NCBI GenBank assembly: GCA_965220065.1
Contig: OZ244804.1
Span: 4,416,915-4,480,914, forward strand
Reading direction: 5' to 3'
Length of the DNA: 64,000 nt
From: Candidatus Poribacteria bacterium
GTDB lineage: Bacteria > Poribacteria > WGA-4E > WGA-3G
Below are positions 29,953 through 39,211 of this stretch, piece by piece. The stretch's first letter is position 1; the number at the start of each line of letters is the position of its first letter. The notes beneath the pieces were generated by a model. That model saw only the letters and a list, made by a program, of their open reading frames with translations. It was not told the DNA's origin and did not search any database. Both the position numbers and the translations under genes were made by a program.

Positions 29953-29987
29953 CTTGACATAAAAGAGGCTCTATGATAAGATGCAAC
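29953..29987 (+). promoter_or_regulatory. Sigma70-like promoter (TTGACA - 17 nt - TAAGAT) upstream of the methyltransferase gene.
   Basis: ttgacat aaaagaggctctatga taagat lies about 95 nt upstream of the 30084 ATG. Confidence 0.45.
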
Positions 29988-30083
29988 ACTGAACTTTGTT
30001 ATGTTATGCCATGTGAACCTAAATTTTGAACAAAAGAACAGACATCTCTACAAAGACCTACCTATTAGATAAACACTAAGCAA

Positions 30084-31091
30084 ATGGACGAAAAACGAGC
30101 GAGTGGACGCTACTATACACGCGGAAATCCGTTTCAGTTGGAACCGTTCCAGACGTGGGCAACCGCCTCCAATTTAGAACAGCAAATGGTTTTAGAACCC
30201 TTTGCAGGTGCGAGAGATATTCCACGTTTGATCGACGCAGCGCATTTGCAGTGCCGAGATTGGGCATTTTTTGACATCGAGCCGGGTGCGAAAGGGATCG
30301 TGCAACGCGATACACTCGCCGATTTTCCCAAGGGGTTCGATGTCTGCATCACCAATCCGCCGTGGTTGGCACGCAACTCGGCAACGCGCCGCGGCTTACC
30401 TTTCCCAGAAGCGACCCGTTACGATGACCTCTACAAATACGCCCTTGAGCAGTGCTTGACGCATTGTGGGTGGGTCGCCGCAATTATTCCAGAGGCATTT
30501 ATTCGGAGCGGTCTGTTTCTGGAACGGCTGTGCGATTTCATCTCTTTAGTCCCACAAGAACAAGATAAGACAAATTATCCCCCTGATAAGGGGGACAGGG
30601 GGGTTTCGGTTATGTTTGAGGACACCGAACATCCCGTAGGGCTTGCTCTATTCGCATCGGACGCGACATCGGACGTTAGGATCTGGCGCAACAATCAGTT
30701 TCTCGGCACCATGCGTGAACTACGCAGACACCTTCCACAACCCTCCTCCAATCGTAACATTGTGTTCAACGACCCACACGGAAATCTCGGGCTCATTGCT
30801 ATAGACAATACCGTCTCTGCCTCTATTCGCTTTTGTCCAGCAGAAGAGCTGAAAGACTATCCTATCCGTGTCCATTGCCGTTCCATTACAAAGATTGGCG
30901 TGCCGTGGCGTGTGGATATCGATATGCTCAATACCCGTTTGGCAAGAATCCGCGAAAAAACCCACGATGTTTTTCTGACAGCGTTCAAGGGTATACGCCG
31001 TGATGGACACTACCGACGACGGTTGGATTGGGCTTTGACGCGAGCAATTGTTGACGCGCAGCATCTACAACTTAAAATAAACATGGAGTAA
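30084..31091 (+). CDS. Gamma-class N6-adenine-specific DNA methyltransferase (M.TaqI-like architecture), apparently orphan.
   Basis: Motif I is EPFAGAR (compare EPACAHG in M.TaqI) and motif IV is NPPW. The motif order I then IV, with the target-recognition region C-terminal, indicates the gamma class. No restriction endonuclease-like ORF is adjacent. Confidence 0.7.
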   Translation: MDEKRASGRYYTRGNPFQLEPFQTWATASNLEQQMVLEPFAGARDIPRLIDAAHLQCRDWAFFDIEPGAKGIVQRDTLADFPKGFDVCITNPPWLARNSATRRGLPFPEATRYDDLYKYALEQCLTHCGWVAAIIPEAFIRSGLFLERLCDFISLVPQEQDKTNYPPDKGDRGVSVMFEDTEHPVGLALFASDATSDVRIWRNNQFLGTMRELRRHLPQPSSNRNIVFNDPHGNLGLIAIDNTVSASIRFCPAEELKDYPIRVHCRSITKIGVPWRVDIDMLNTRLARIREKTHDVFLTAFKGIRRDGHYRRRLDWALTRAIVDAQHLQLKINME

Positions 31092-31095
31092 GAAA

Positions 31096-31398
31096 ATGAA
31101 CATCCAAAAATTAATTTGTCTACTGCTATTGATAGCCATCATCACCATCGTGGGGTGTGTGCCCGGCGATGGAAATCACACTGCTGATGAACCCGCTGGG
31201 TTTTTCTGGGGTGTTTGGCACGGATTGATCGCGCCGATCTCACTCATCTGGGGACTGTTTAACTCAGAAATTCGTCTCTATGAACCCCAAAACACTGGCT
31301 GGGCTTATGATCTCGGATTCTATCTCGCTGTTATCGGCGGTTTCAGCGGTTTTTCCTCTTCGAGTGGTAGCAAAGGACGGAAGAAGGCTGAAACATAG
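31096..31398 (+). CDS. Small lipoprotein / membrane protein of unknown function.
   Basis: The lipobox is LIAIITIVGC, followed by two hydrophobic helices and a Ser/Gly/Lys-rich tail. The gene starts 5 nt after the methyltransferase stop. Confidence 0.45.
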   Translation: MNIQKLICLLLLIAIITIVGCVPGDGNHTADEPAGFFWGVWHGLIAPISLIWGLFNSEIRLYEPQNTGWAYDLGFYLAVIGGFSGFSSSSGSKGRKKAET

Positions 31399-31605
31399 GA
31401 AAGTAGTGGTGCTGAATAGAGATTTTCAGAAGAGATTTGAATATTTATGGTGAATTACGGGAGTAAGTTTAAATCTTGTAGAGGCACCTCTTGTGGGTGC
31501 CCACAAATGCACCAACCGCGATGTTAAAGTAATTCTAAAATCTACCGTAGAATAACACAAATTAACGACCGCAGAGATCGCCTTAGTAGAGAAAGGAAAT
31601 AACCA

Positions 31606-32598
31606 ATGAAAATCTTAGTCATCGGTGGGACGGGCAACATCAGTCGTGGGATTGTTGCCGCGCTGCAAAACCAGAACCATGAAGTCGTCCTATTCAACCG
31701 CGGACAACACGCCGATCCGCCACCTCCAGATGTCCGTGTCATTCATGGCGACCGAAAGAATCGTGAGGATTTCGAGGCGAAAGTCGGTGCCGAAGAATGG
31801 GGTGCAGTGATTGATATGATTAGTTTCAACGCCGAGGATGCCGCCTCCGCGCTCCGCGCATGTCAGGGACGCGTTGGACATTTCGTTCACTGCTCGACGG
31901 TGATGACCTACGGACCGCCGTTCAGCGGGATTAATCTCCCAGAGACGGCACCGTTGCAAGGCACATCGGGCTATGGACTCGGCAAAATCGAAGCGGATAA
32001 CCTCCTATTGGACGCTCACACGCGCGACGGGTTTCCCGTAACCATTTTCAAGCCGTCCTATACACACGGTCCGGGCATGAACCTACATCGACAGGTGGGT
32101 GGAGACGGCAGTTGGATTGATCGGTTACGGAAGGGGAAACCGATCCTCTCCGCAGGTGATGGACTGAATTATTTTCAATTCCTGTCATCTCGCGACGCCG
32201 GAATTGCGTTTACAGAAGTACTCGGTAGATCTGACTGCTTCGGTGAAATATACAACATCGTTCATCCGCAGGCGCGAACGTGGGACGAGTGGCACCGTGC
32301 CGCGGCGGCGGCACTCGGCGTTGACATAGAGATTGTGCATGTATCCCAAGAGACACTCATCGCGATGGCACCTGAACGGTTTAGCGGTTTGCGGGGCAAC
32401 TTCGGGCATACCCAAATCTATAGCCACGAGAAACTCGCAACAGTATTATCTGAATTTACGCCACAGGTTCCGGTTACAGAAAGTGTCGCGGAAAACATCG
32501 CGTGGATGGACAAACACAATCTGGTTCCAGATAGCGATGCAGACGATCTGGAGGATCAGGTTATTGAGACGGTTCGCAATCTACCGCGTATTCGGTAG
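31606..32598 (+). CDS. NAD-dependent epimerase/dehydratase (extended SDR) family protein.
   Basis: It has the MKILVIGGTGNISRGIV Rossmann motif in a 330-aa protein. Confidence 0.75.
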   Translation: MKILVIGGTGNISRGIVAALQNQNHEVVLFNRGQHADPPPPDVRVIHGDRKNREDFEAKVGAEEWGAVIDMISFNAEDAASALRACQGRVGHFVHCSTVMTYGPPFSGINLPETAPLQGTSGYGLGKIEADNLLLDAHTRDGFPVTIFKPSYTHGPGMNLHRQVGGDGSWIDRLRKGKPILSAGDGLNYFQFLSSRDAGIAFTEVLGRSDCFGEIYNIVHPQARTWDEWHRAAAAALGVDIEIVHVSQETLIAMAPERFSGLRGNFGHTQIYSHEKLATVLSEFTPQVPVTESVAENIAWMDKHNLVPDSDADDLEDQVIETVRNLPRIR

Positions 32599-32612
32599 GA
32601 CAGAGGTGAAAC

Positions 32613-33425
32613 ATGATACAAATCAAATCAGCGTTGGATTCAGAGAGGCTTGATGTTGTCGAAAACGACCTCCGCGAAGTCGGTTTCCATGTCATTGAGA
32701 ATGTGATTACCGACGAAGAGGCAGACGCAGCGCGCGAGGTAATCTGGAAATTAATCGAAGAGGATATTGCCAACGGATATGACCACAGTTACGGCGACGG
32801 CAAAATCCGTCGTGTCTGGGCAATCGTTGGGAAATCCCCAATCTTCCGCTATTTCATCCAGCACCCGACCGTCGTGGCAGTATGGAAACGGATGCTCGGT
32901 GAGGATGTCATCGCTTCCACATTTACAGCGAATATCGTTGGACCCGGTGCACCCGCAGGCGGTTGGCATATCGACTATCCGTATTGGGCGATGCAATCGC
33001 CGTTCCCGTCCGGTTCGTTGACGGGACAGACGGTCTGGATGTTAGACGATTTCACGGAAGAGAACGGGGCAACGGCGTGTATTCCAGAGTCACACAAAAC
33101 GCTCCGTCGTCCGGAGTTGGGAGAAGCCGAGGGACTTGAGATGAGCATCGCTGTTGCACCGAAAGGCTCTATCATGTTCACGAACGGTGCGATCTGGCAT
33201 CAGTCGCGGGCGAACCTAACGGACACACCCCGCGTCGGACTGCTCGGTATGTATAACAGATCGGTCATTTACCCGCAGGAGGATATGCCTCGGCAGTTGA
33301 CTGATGCCGAGTTAGCAGGTGAGAGCGATGTCTTAAAGCAGTTGTTGGGCAGAAATATCCAGTTTCGCGATCCAGATCACGCGCAAAATTGGCATCGCAC
33401 GGACGCAGGGTTTCGCGAAGCGTAG
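32613..33425 (+). CDS. Phytanoyl-CoA dioxygenase (PhyH) family oxygenase, second copy.
   Basis: The iron-binding context is ...GGWHIDYPYW... and ...GAIWHQSRANL.... Length is 270 aa. Confidence 0.7.
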   Translation: MIQIKSALDSERLDVVENDLREVGFHVIENVITDEEADAAREVIWKLIEEDIANGYDHSYGDGKIRRVWAIVGKSPIFRYFIQHPTVVAVWKRMLGEDVIASTFTANIVGPGAPAGGWHIDYPYWAMQSPFPSGSLTGQTVWMLDDFTEENGATACIPESHKTLRRPELGEAEGLEMSIAVAPKGSIMFTNGAIWHQSRANLTDTPRVGLLGMYNRSVIYPQEDMPRQLTDAELAGESDVLKQLLGRNIQFRDPDHAQNWHRTDAGFREA

Positions 33426-33470
33426 GGACAAGCGTTCGGTTCCCTGTAGGAGGGATCTCCGAATCCCGAC
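33423..33470. repeat. Small dispersed repeat TAGGGACA...GGAGGRATCTCCGAATCCCGAC, overlapping the stop codon.
   Basis: A second copy lies at 57543-57587, also overlapping a + strand stop codon (TAG). It contains a GGAG-n-CTCC hairpin. Confidence 0.55.
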
Positions 33471-33619
33471 TTCTTCTATGGGAACGATTTCCTGATCGCG
33501 ACTCACGGTTTCATGAAATGGGAACTCAGATCGGAAACTGGATTCTCTAATAATATAGATAGGTTTCGCTGAACACTTTGCTATAATGTATTATTGTTTC
33601 AGATGTAAGGAGGGCATTT

Positions 33620-34666
33620 ATGCCAGTTGTATCTCATGATGTTTTGAGAAAGTTTGTGTATGACATATATCGCGGGGCGGGTGGTACGGAGGAAGATGCC
33701 CGTATCGTCAGTGACCACGTTGTCGATTCTAATCTCGTCGGACACGATTCACACGGCGTCATCAACGCGCCGAACTACATCGGGGGGATGGAAGGCGGTC
33801 CCGCCGCAGATAAGATGGAGATTGTCAGAGAAAGTGGTGCCGCCACCGTCATCAATGCCAACGGCGCACTCGGGATGGTTGCCGCCCGTAAAGCGATGGA
33901 GATGGCTATTGAAAAAGCGGAAAGTTGCACGATCGGTGCGGTCGGCTTGCATCGGTGTGGGCACGCAGGACGGATGGGAGAATATCCGCCAATCGCTGCC
34001 CGTGCTGGCATGATCGGGATCGTTCTGCTCAACGGTGGTGGACGTTTCATGCATCCGCACGGTGGTACCTCTCGGAGACTGCCCCCGAATCCGATTGCGA
34101 TCTCAGTGCCGCGTCAGGGGGGTGAACCGCTTCTCCTTGATATGACACTCAGCGTTGTCGCGGGTGGAAAACTGCTCGTCCAGACGGCGCGCGGTGAGCC
34201 GATACCGGAAGGCTGGATGATAGATGCCGAAGGTCAACCGCTCACAGATCCGAATGCGTTTCGTGAACGTCCGCAGGACACAGCCGTTATGCCACTCGGT
34301 GGTTTTCAGTTCGGGCATAAAGGGTTCGGACTCGGTGTGATGATAGATGCTATCGCTGGCGGACTTTCTTGGGCAGGATGTAGTCGTGAACAACCGACCC
34401 GCGGCGCAAGTGGCATTGTGATGTTCGCAATTAAAATCGGGGATTTCATCGATTTAGCAGACTATGAACAGGAGATCGCATATCTTGCGGAGTGGGTGAA
34501 GTCATCCGCTCGGTTGCCCGGTGTTGATGAAATCTATGTACCTGGAGAGTTTGAGGAACGGAGCCGTGAGAAACGCCTGTGTGAAGGGATACCCATAGAG
34601 GAGCCGACTTGGAATCGCCTCGTTGAAGCCGCAGAACGTTTTGATGTTGCGGTACCCAGTTTCTAA
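33620..34666 (+). CDS. Ldh_2 family oxidoreductase, paralog 3.
   Basis: It has the VGHDSHGV motif and is collinear with the other two paralogs at 9831-11984. Confidence 0.75.
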   Translation: MPVVSHDVLRKFVYDIYRGAGGTEEDARIVSDHVVDSNLVGHDSHGVINAPNYIGGMEGGPAADKMEIVRESGAATVINANGALGMVAARKAMEMAIEKAESCTIGAVGLHRCGHAGRMGEYPPIAARAGMIGIVLLNGGGRFMHPHGGTSRRLPPNPIAISVPRQGGEPLLLDMTLSVVAGGKLLVQTARGEPIPEGWMIDAEGQPLTDPNAFRERPQDTAVMPLGGFQFGHKGFGLGVMIDAIAGGLSWAGCSREQPTRGASGIVMFAIKIGDFIDLADYEQEIAYLAEWVKSSARLPGVDEIYVPGEFEERSREKRLCEGIPIEEPTWNRLVEAAERFDVAVPSF

Positions 34667-34778
34667 TGTAAGTCAACGCGAGTGGTTATCATAGACCAAT
34701 AACTGACAACCGAAAGGAAATCTGTGTAGTAGATTTCCGTACTGACTGCTGATTGCTAATACGCAACAGGAGAAAAAA

Positions 34779-35378
34779 ATGAGAATCTACGGTTTGTTTG
34801 TTTTGCTTATCGGCATTACGGGGTGTGCTGCACTGAATCAGCCTATTGGTGAAATGCCAGTCTCACGCCTCACTTGTGAGTCTAACCCGGAATTTGTAGA
34901 TGGGAATCTGGAGACAGAGAGTACATTCGCAGTGAGGGGGTTTGTCCGAAAAGCGTATCTACTGCACGAGGGTGAGGGACGGCGGCTCGCCTATGCACAA
35001 CAGCGTTATATAACGCAGGTTGAAGGGCAACGCCGTACGGAGGCGATTATCAAACTGGACGTGCCTACCTATATTGCGTATGTGGAAGTCTATCCCGGCT
35101 CACGGCGGATCCAGAATTTCGCGATGATGACGACGACCGATGATCCGCCACGCTTTGATGTCGCCTTTGAACGAGTATCCGATAAGCAGCATCAGGACAT
35201 AGAAGGGTTAAACCCCGTGCGTTTTCGCATCGAGCGAGAAGTACTTTATCTACGAATGAGCGCAGACGGAATAGAGGACAGACAGAATTCCGTCCGAACC
35301 GCAAACTCAGGCGTTGAGATTCCACTGAAAGGTGCTTCCATCCGCGAAGTCAAATTTTACATCCGGCAGACGCCGTAA
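34779..35378 (+). CDS. Lipoprotein, member 1 of a tandem four-gene paralogous family; possibly a discoidin-like (galactose-binding-like) fold.
   Basis: The lipobox is LLIGITGCAAL. All four genes share the blocks SRLTCESNPEFVDGNLET, IKLDVPTYIAYVEVYPGS, PVRFRIEREVLYLRMSA and IPLKGASIREVKFY. An AGGAG Shine-Dalgarno is present. Confidence 0.65.
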   Translation: MRIYGLFVLLIGITGCAALNQPIGEMPVSRLTCESNPEFVDGNLETESTFAVRGFVRKAYLLHEGEGRRLAYAQQRYITQVEGQRRTEAIIKLDVPTYIAYVEVYPGSRRIQNFAMMTTTDDPPRFDVAFERVSDKQHQDIEGLNPVRFRIEREVLYLRMSADGIEDRQNSVRTANSGVEIPLKGASIREVKFYIRQTP

Positions 35379-35396
35379 CTAATAAGGAGTAAAAAA

Positions 35397-36089
35397 ATGA
35401 ATAAATGGGTTTTCAGCATTCTATTATTTTTGTCGTTCAGCCTCGCGGGTTGTGTGGGACTTCAAGGGAAATCGGGAACGGAAATTCTGCCATCGCGTTT
35501 GTCTTGGCTTCAGGACACGCCTATTGAGCAAATCGTATCTTCACGGTTGACCTGCGACACTCATCCCGAAATAGTCGATGGTAATTTGGAAACAGTCGGA
35601 ACTTTTGAAGTGCACGGAGATGTGAAAAAGCAGCATGATATCGTGGAGGGCGAGACGCGTTTCTACGGCAAAAGCCAGTATGTAACGAATCTGGGCGGAA
35701 CCATTCGAGGCGAGATTTTGGTTAAGCTGGAAAAGCCGATGTACGTAAGTATTGTTGAAGTCTACCCTGCGTCGCGCATCTCCAATTTGGCACTGAGCAC
35801 AGCCTTGGATGAATCCGAACGTCACTTCGGCCAATCCGGTACGGGATTCAAGCCTGTGCATGACAAACAGTATAGAGATATAGAAGGCACAAAACCGGTG
35901 AAATTCCAAGTGGGACGGGAACTGCTTTACCTACGCGTGACAGCAGATACAATGGCGGATCGGCGGAATGCCACGCGGTTTGATGACAGAGTCAGTGACG
36001 AAGGAATAGACATTCCTTTGAAAGGTGGTTCCATCCGTGAGATTAAACTCTACGGGCGACAACCGTTATATGGTAAAACCGAAAAATGA
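35397..36089 (+). CDS. Lipoprotein, member 2 of the tandem family.
   Basis: The lipobox is SLAGCVGL. Its blocks are SRLTCDTHPEIVDGNLETVGTFEV, VKLEKPMYVSIVEVYPAS, PVKFQVGRELLYLRVTAD and IPLKGGSIREIKLY. Confidence 0.65.
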   Translation: MNKWVFSILLFLSFSLAGCVGLQGKSGTEILPSRLSWLQDTPIEQIVSSRLTCDTHPEIVDGNLETVGTFEVHGDVKKQHDIVEGETRFYGKSQYVTNLGGTIRGEILVKLEKPMYVSIVEVYPASRISNLALSTALDESERHFGQSGTGFKPVHDKQYRDIEGTKPVKFQVGRELLYLRVTADTMADRRNATRFDDRVSDEGIDIPLKGGSIREIKLYGRQPLYGKTEK

Positions 36090-36691
36090 AGATGCGAATG
36101 TTCGGCGTTCTCTTGTTTTTGTTGTTCGGCGTTCTCGGATGCGCGCTGTTGCAAGGGTCTCCATCCGTCGAAATACCGGCTTCGCGCCTTTTCTGTGCAC
36201 AAAATCCTGAGATGGTGGATGGCGACTTGTCGACGATAGGTGCCTTTGCTCCACAGGGTTCAATCACAAAAGAGTTTGTGGTAAACAGGGTAAACAGAAG
36301 GTCCGCGCCTCGACAGTATCAGCGTCGAGTGAGAGGCAGTCTCAAAACGGAAACATTGATTAAACTGGACGCGCCAACCTATATCAAGTATATCGAAGTC
36401 TACCCCGCATCAACCATCCCCAACTTTGCTCTGGATACCACTGCCGAAGAGAAATCCCCGAAGTGGATGCTTTCGTTTGCGGCTGTGGAAGACAAACGTA
36501 CCCAGAGAGTGGAAGGTACATTGCCAGTAAGATTCCAAATTGAACGGGAAGTCCTTTATGTGCGATTGACGGCTAACGCATTGGAAGATTTAGATAATGT
36601 CGCGCACGGTAACGAAACAGGCGAATTGCGAATTCCGCTCAAAGGTGCCTCGATTCGAGAAGTTAAGTTTTTCGAGCGGCAGTCCTTTTGA
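36086..36691 (+). CDS. Lipoprotein, member 3 of the tandem family.
   Basis: The lipobox is GVLGCALL. Its blocks are SRLFCAQNPEMVDGDLSTIGAFA, IKLDAPTYIKYIEVYPAS, PVRFQIEREVLYVRLTA and IPLKGASIREVKFF. Its start overlaps the stop of member 2 by 4 nt (ATGA). Confidence 0.65.
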   Translation: MKMRMFGVLLFLLFGVLGCALLQGSPSVEIPASRLFCAQNPEMVDGDLSTIGAFAPQGSITKEFVVNRVNRRSAPRQYQRRVRGSLKTETLIKLDAPTYIKYIEVYPASTIPNFALDTTAEEKSPKWMLSFAAVEDKRTQRVEGTLPVRFQIEREVLYVRLTANALEDLDNVAHGNETGELRIPLKGASIREVKFFERQSF

Positions 36692-36738
36692 ATGTGTAAT
36701 GGCATCTTACAAGCGGCTGTCCGTGACGGAGGAATATC

Positions 36739-37455
36739 GTGAACGGAAAATGGACAACCTATAACTTTAGACGTATCTTGGAGAGGTCCCACTGTCTTGT
36801 GGGACTTGCGTTAATCTTCGGTCTTGCGGGATGTGCGATATTGCAAGAGACACCATCCATTGAAATAGCGTCTTCGCGTCTTTCCTGTGAGAGAAATCCT
36901 GAAATGGTAGATGGTAAATTGGAAACGGTAAGTGTCTTTGAGACAAGTGGAACTATCCGAAAAGGATTCGAGAGAGGTGGGAGCCAACGGCAGTATCAAC
37001 GTGAAGTGATAGGCAACTTGAAGACGGAAACCTTAATCAAATTGGACGCGCCGACATACATTGATTATATCGAAATCTATCCCGCCTCAACTATCCCTCG
37101 TTTGATTTTAGATACCACTACTGAAGAGAAGTCATCAAAGTGGTTGCTCTCGTTTGAGGCTGTTGAAGACCAGCGCGGCGAAAAGATCGTAGGCACGCAG
37201 CCAGTGAGGTTCCGGATTGGACGAAAGATGCTTTATCTGCGGTTAACGGCTTACGCATTGCAAGACTCGGAGAGTGTGGCGGTCTACAGCGAGGCTGCTA
37301 TTGAAGAGATGGAGGCTTCCCTCAAAGAGATGAACACGAGTCCAGAGATGACCGAGAGGGCGCGTCAACAGTGGCAGAAGCAGAGGAGAGAAGGGGAGAT
37401 GCAAATTCCACTTAAAGGGGCGGCGATCCGAGAAATTAAATTCTATGCAAGGTAA
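36739..37455 (+). CDS. Lipoprotein, member 4 of the tandem family, with a ~35-aa charged insertion.
   Basis: It uses a GTG start with a GGAGG Shine-Dalgarno, and the lipobox is GLAGCAIL. Its blocks are SRLSCERNPEMVDGKLETVSVFE, IKLDAPTYIDYIEIYPAS, PVRFRIGRKMLYLRLTA and IPLKGAAIREIKFY. The insertion EAAIEEMEASLKEMNTSPEMTERARQQWQKQRREGEM sits before the last block. Confidence 0.65.
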   Translation: MNGKWTTYNFRRILERSHCLVGLALIFGLAGCAILQETPSIEIASSRLSCERNPEMVDGKLETVSVFETSGTIRKGFERGGSQRQYQREVIGNLKTETLIKLDAPTYIDYIEIYPASTIPRLILDTTTEEKSSKWLLSFEAVEDQRGEKIVGTQPVRFRIGRKMLYLRLTAYALQDSESVAVYSEAAIEEMEASLKEMNTSPEMTERARQQWQKQRREGEMQIPLKGAAIREIKFYAR

Positions 37456-37684
37456 TAAAATTCGCTTGACTTTTGTTTTAGGTTCTTGTAAAATAAAAGT
37501 GATTAATGGGATTTATTCACAACAATTTCTGCTGGTACTGTTTGAAAATTTGCCAGTCGAGAAAGCAAATTGTGTGTAACTCCTAAAATTTGACATTTTT
37601 TCACAATTGCGTTAAGGTTAGACAGAACATACAAGGTGAAACCTATAGGTTTCCCATTTAAAAAGCCGGAGGATTAGAATCCGA

Positions 37685-38701
37685 TTGCAAAAACAAGAAT
37701 CGAAGGGTGTTCCCATACAGAGCAATGCTGAAGTGCAAGCCCTCTTCGGGCAGAGTGATGCCTTCTTGAAAATCATTGAAGATGGATTTGATGTTCGCGT
37801 TGTTTTGAAAAGTGATAGCGTTGCTGTCGTTGGTGAAGATGCCACAGAAGTTAACCGGGTGACAGCGGTTCTCGAATCACTACTTCACCGCATCCGGAAA
37901 GGAGAACGTATTCAGGCAACCGATGTCAACTATGTAATTCGAGCGTCGGGTGCTGGTGAACGAGACACTTTAGGTGAGACTGGTGCTGAGTCTATTCCAG
38001 TATTCTCAAAACGTGGCGTCATTCGTCCGAAAACCGCTGGACAGAAAAGGTATGTTGAGGCAATTAAGCATAACGACTTGGTCTTCGGCATCGGACCGGC
38101 GGGAACAGGAAAGACGTATCTCGCGATGGCGATGGCAGTTTCCGCACTCAAAAGCGGACAAGTGAGTCGTATTATTCTCACACGCCCGGCTGTTGAAGCC
38201 GGTGAACGTCTCGGTTTTTTACCCGGTGACATCGCAGACAAGGTCCATCCATATCTACGTCCGTTATACGATGCCCTCTACGATATGATGCCGCCAGAGG
38301 CACTCGACAAATATATTGAGCGAAATGTTATTGAAGTCGCACCTATCGCTTTCATGCGAGGCAGGACACTCAATAATTCGTTTGTCGTCCTTGATGAAGC
38401 ACAAAACGCCACTATTGAGCAGATGAAGATGTTTTTGACTCGACTCGGTTTCGATTCAAAAGCTGTGGTGACCGGCGATATTACGCAGACGGATCTTCCG
38501 AACCATAAGGTCTCAGGGCTCGCGGACGCACAAGAAGTGCTTTCGGACATCAAAGGAATCCAGTTCGTCTATTTTTCTAAAGTTGATGTCGTACGGCATG
38601 AACTGGTCCAACGGATTGTCGAGGCTTATGAACAAGCATCGCCCCACAATACGAGACGGAACGGGATAGATCCATCGGATGTCTCCAGTAGAGAAGGATA
38701 A
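37685..38701 (+). CDS. ybeZ: PhoH-like ATPase (PhoH/YbeZ) with an N-terminal KH-like domain.
   Basis: The Walker A is GPAGTGKTYLA and the conserved ...ILTRPAVEAGERLGFLPGD... region is present. It uses a TTG start after a GGAGGA Shine-Dalgarno. Confidence 0.85.
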   Translation: MQKQESKGVPIQSNAEVQALFGQSDAFLKIIEDGFDVRVVLKSDSVAVVGEDATEVNRVTAVLESLLHRIRKGERIQATDVNYVIRASGAGERDTLGETGAESIPVFSKRGVIRPKTAGQKRYVEAIKHNDLVFGIGPAGTGKTYLAMAMAVSALKSGQVSRIILTRPAVEAGERLGFLPGDIADKVHPYLRPLYDALYDMMPPEALDKYIERNVIEVAPIAFMRGRTLNNSFVVLDEAQNATIEQMKMFLTRLGFDSKAVVTGDITQTDLPNHKVSGLADAQEVLSDIKGIQFVYFSKVDVVRHELVQRIVEAYEQASPHNTRRNGIDPSDVSSREG

Positions 38702-38706
38702 CCGTT

Positions 38707-39159
38707 TTGATTCGGGTTACCAATACGAGTCGCAACACCGCTTTTGATATAGAAGTGGTTTACAGTGCCGTGCGTGCAACGTTAAAGGCGCATGACGCAG
38801 AACCGTGTGAGGTCAGCGTCCTTTTAACAGATGATGTTGATATTAGACAACTCAACCGTGACTATCGTGGCATCGATGCACCGACGGATGTGTTAGCGTT
38901 TTCAATGCGTGAAGGTGAAGATGGTGATGTGAACCCAAGTTTGCTCGGAGATCTCGTCGTATCCCTTGAAACCGCAGCGCGACAAGCATCGACAAGGGAC
39001 GGACTCGCTGGCGTTTGCGGTAACCTTGAAACCGAAATCGCGTTGCTCACAGTACACGGCGTGTTACACCTGCTCGGTTACGACCATCAAACGCAAAAAG
39101 AAGCCGAAGTTATGTTTGAAAAGCAGGAGAGTATTTTCCGTCTACTGCAGGAACCGTAG
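38707..39159 (+). CDS. ybeY: Endoribonuclease YbeY (rRNA maturation factor).
   Basis: It has the HGVLHLLGYDH metal-binding motif in a 150-aa protein. Confidence 0.85.
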   Translation: MIRVTNTSRNTAFDIEVVYSAVRATLKAHDAEPCEVSVLLTDDVDIRQLNRDYRGIDAPTDVLAFSMREGEDGDVNPSLLGDLVVSLETAARQASTRDGLAGVCGNLETEIALLTVHGVLHLLGYDHQTQKEAEVMFEKQESIFRLLQEP

Positions 39160-39211
39160 TTTGTTGTCTGTTATCTTCTAAACACCGCGAAATTGGTCCG
39201 TTATTAGGAGT

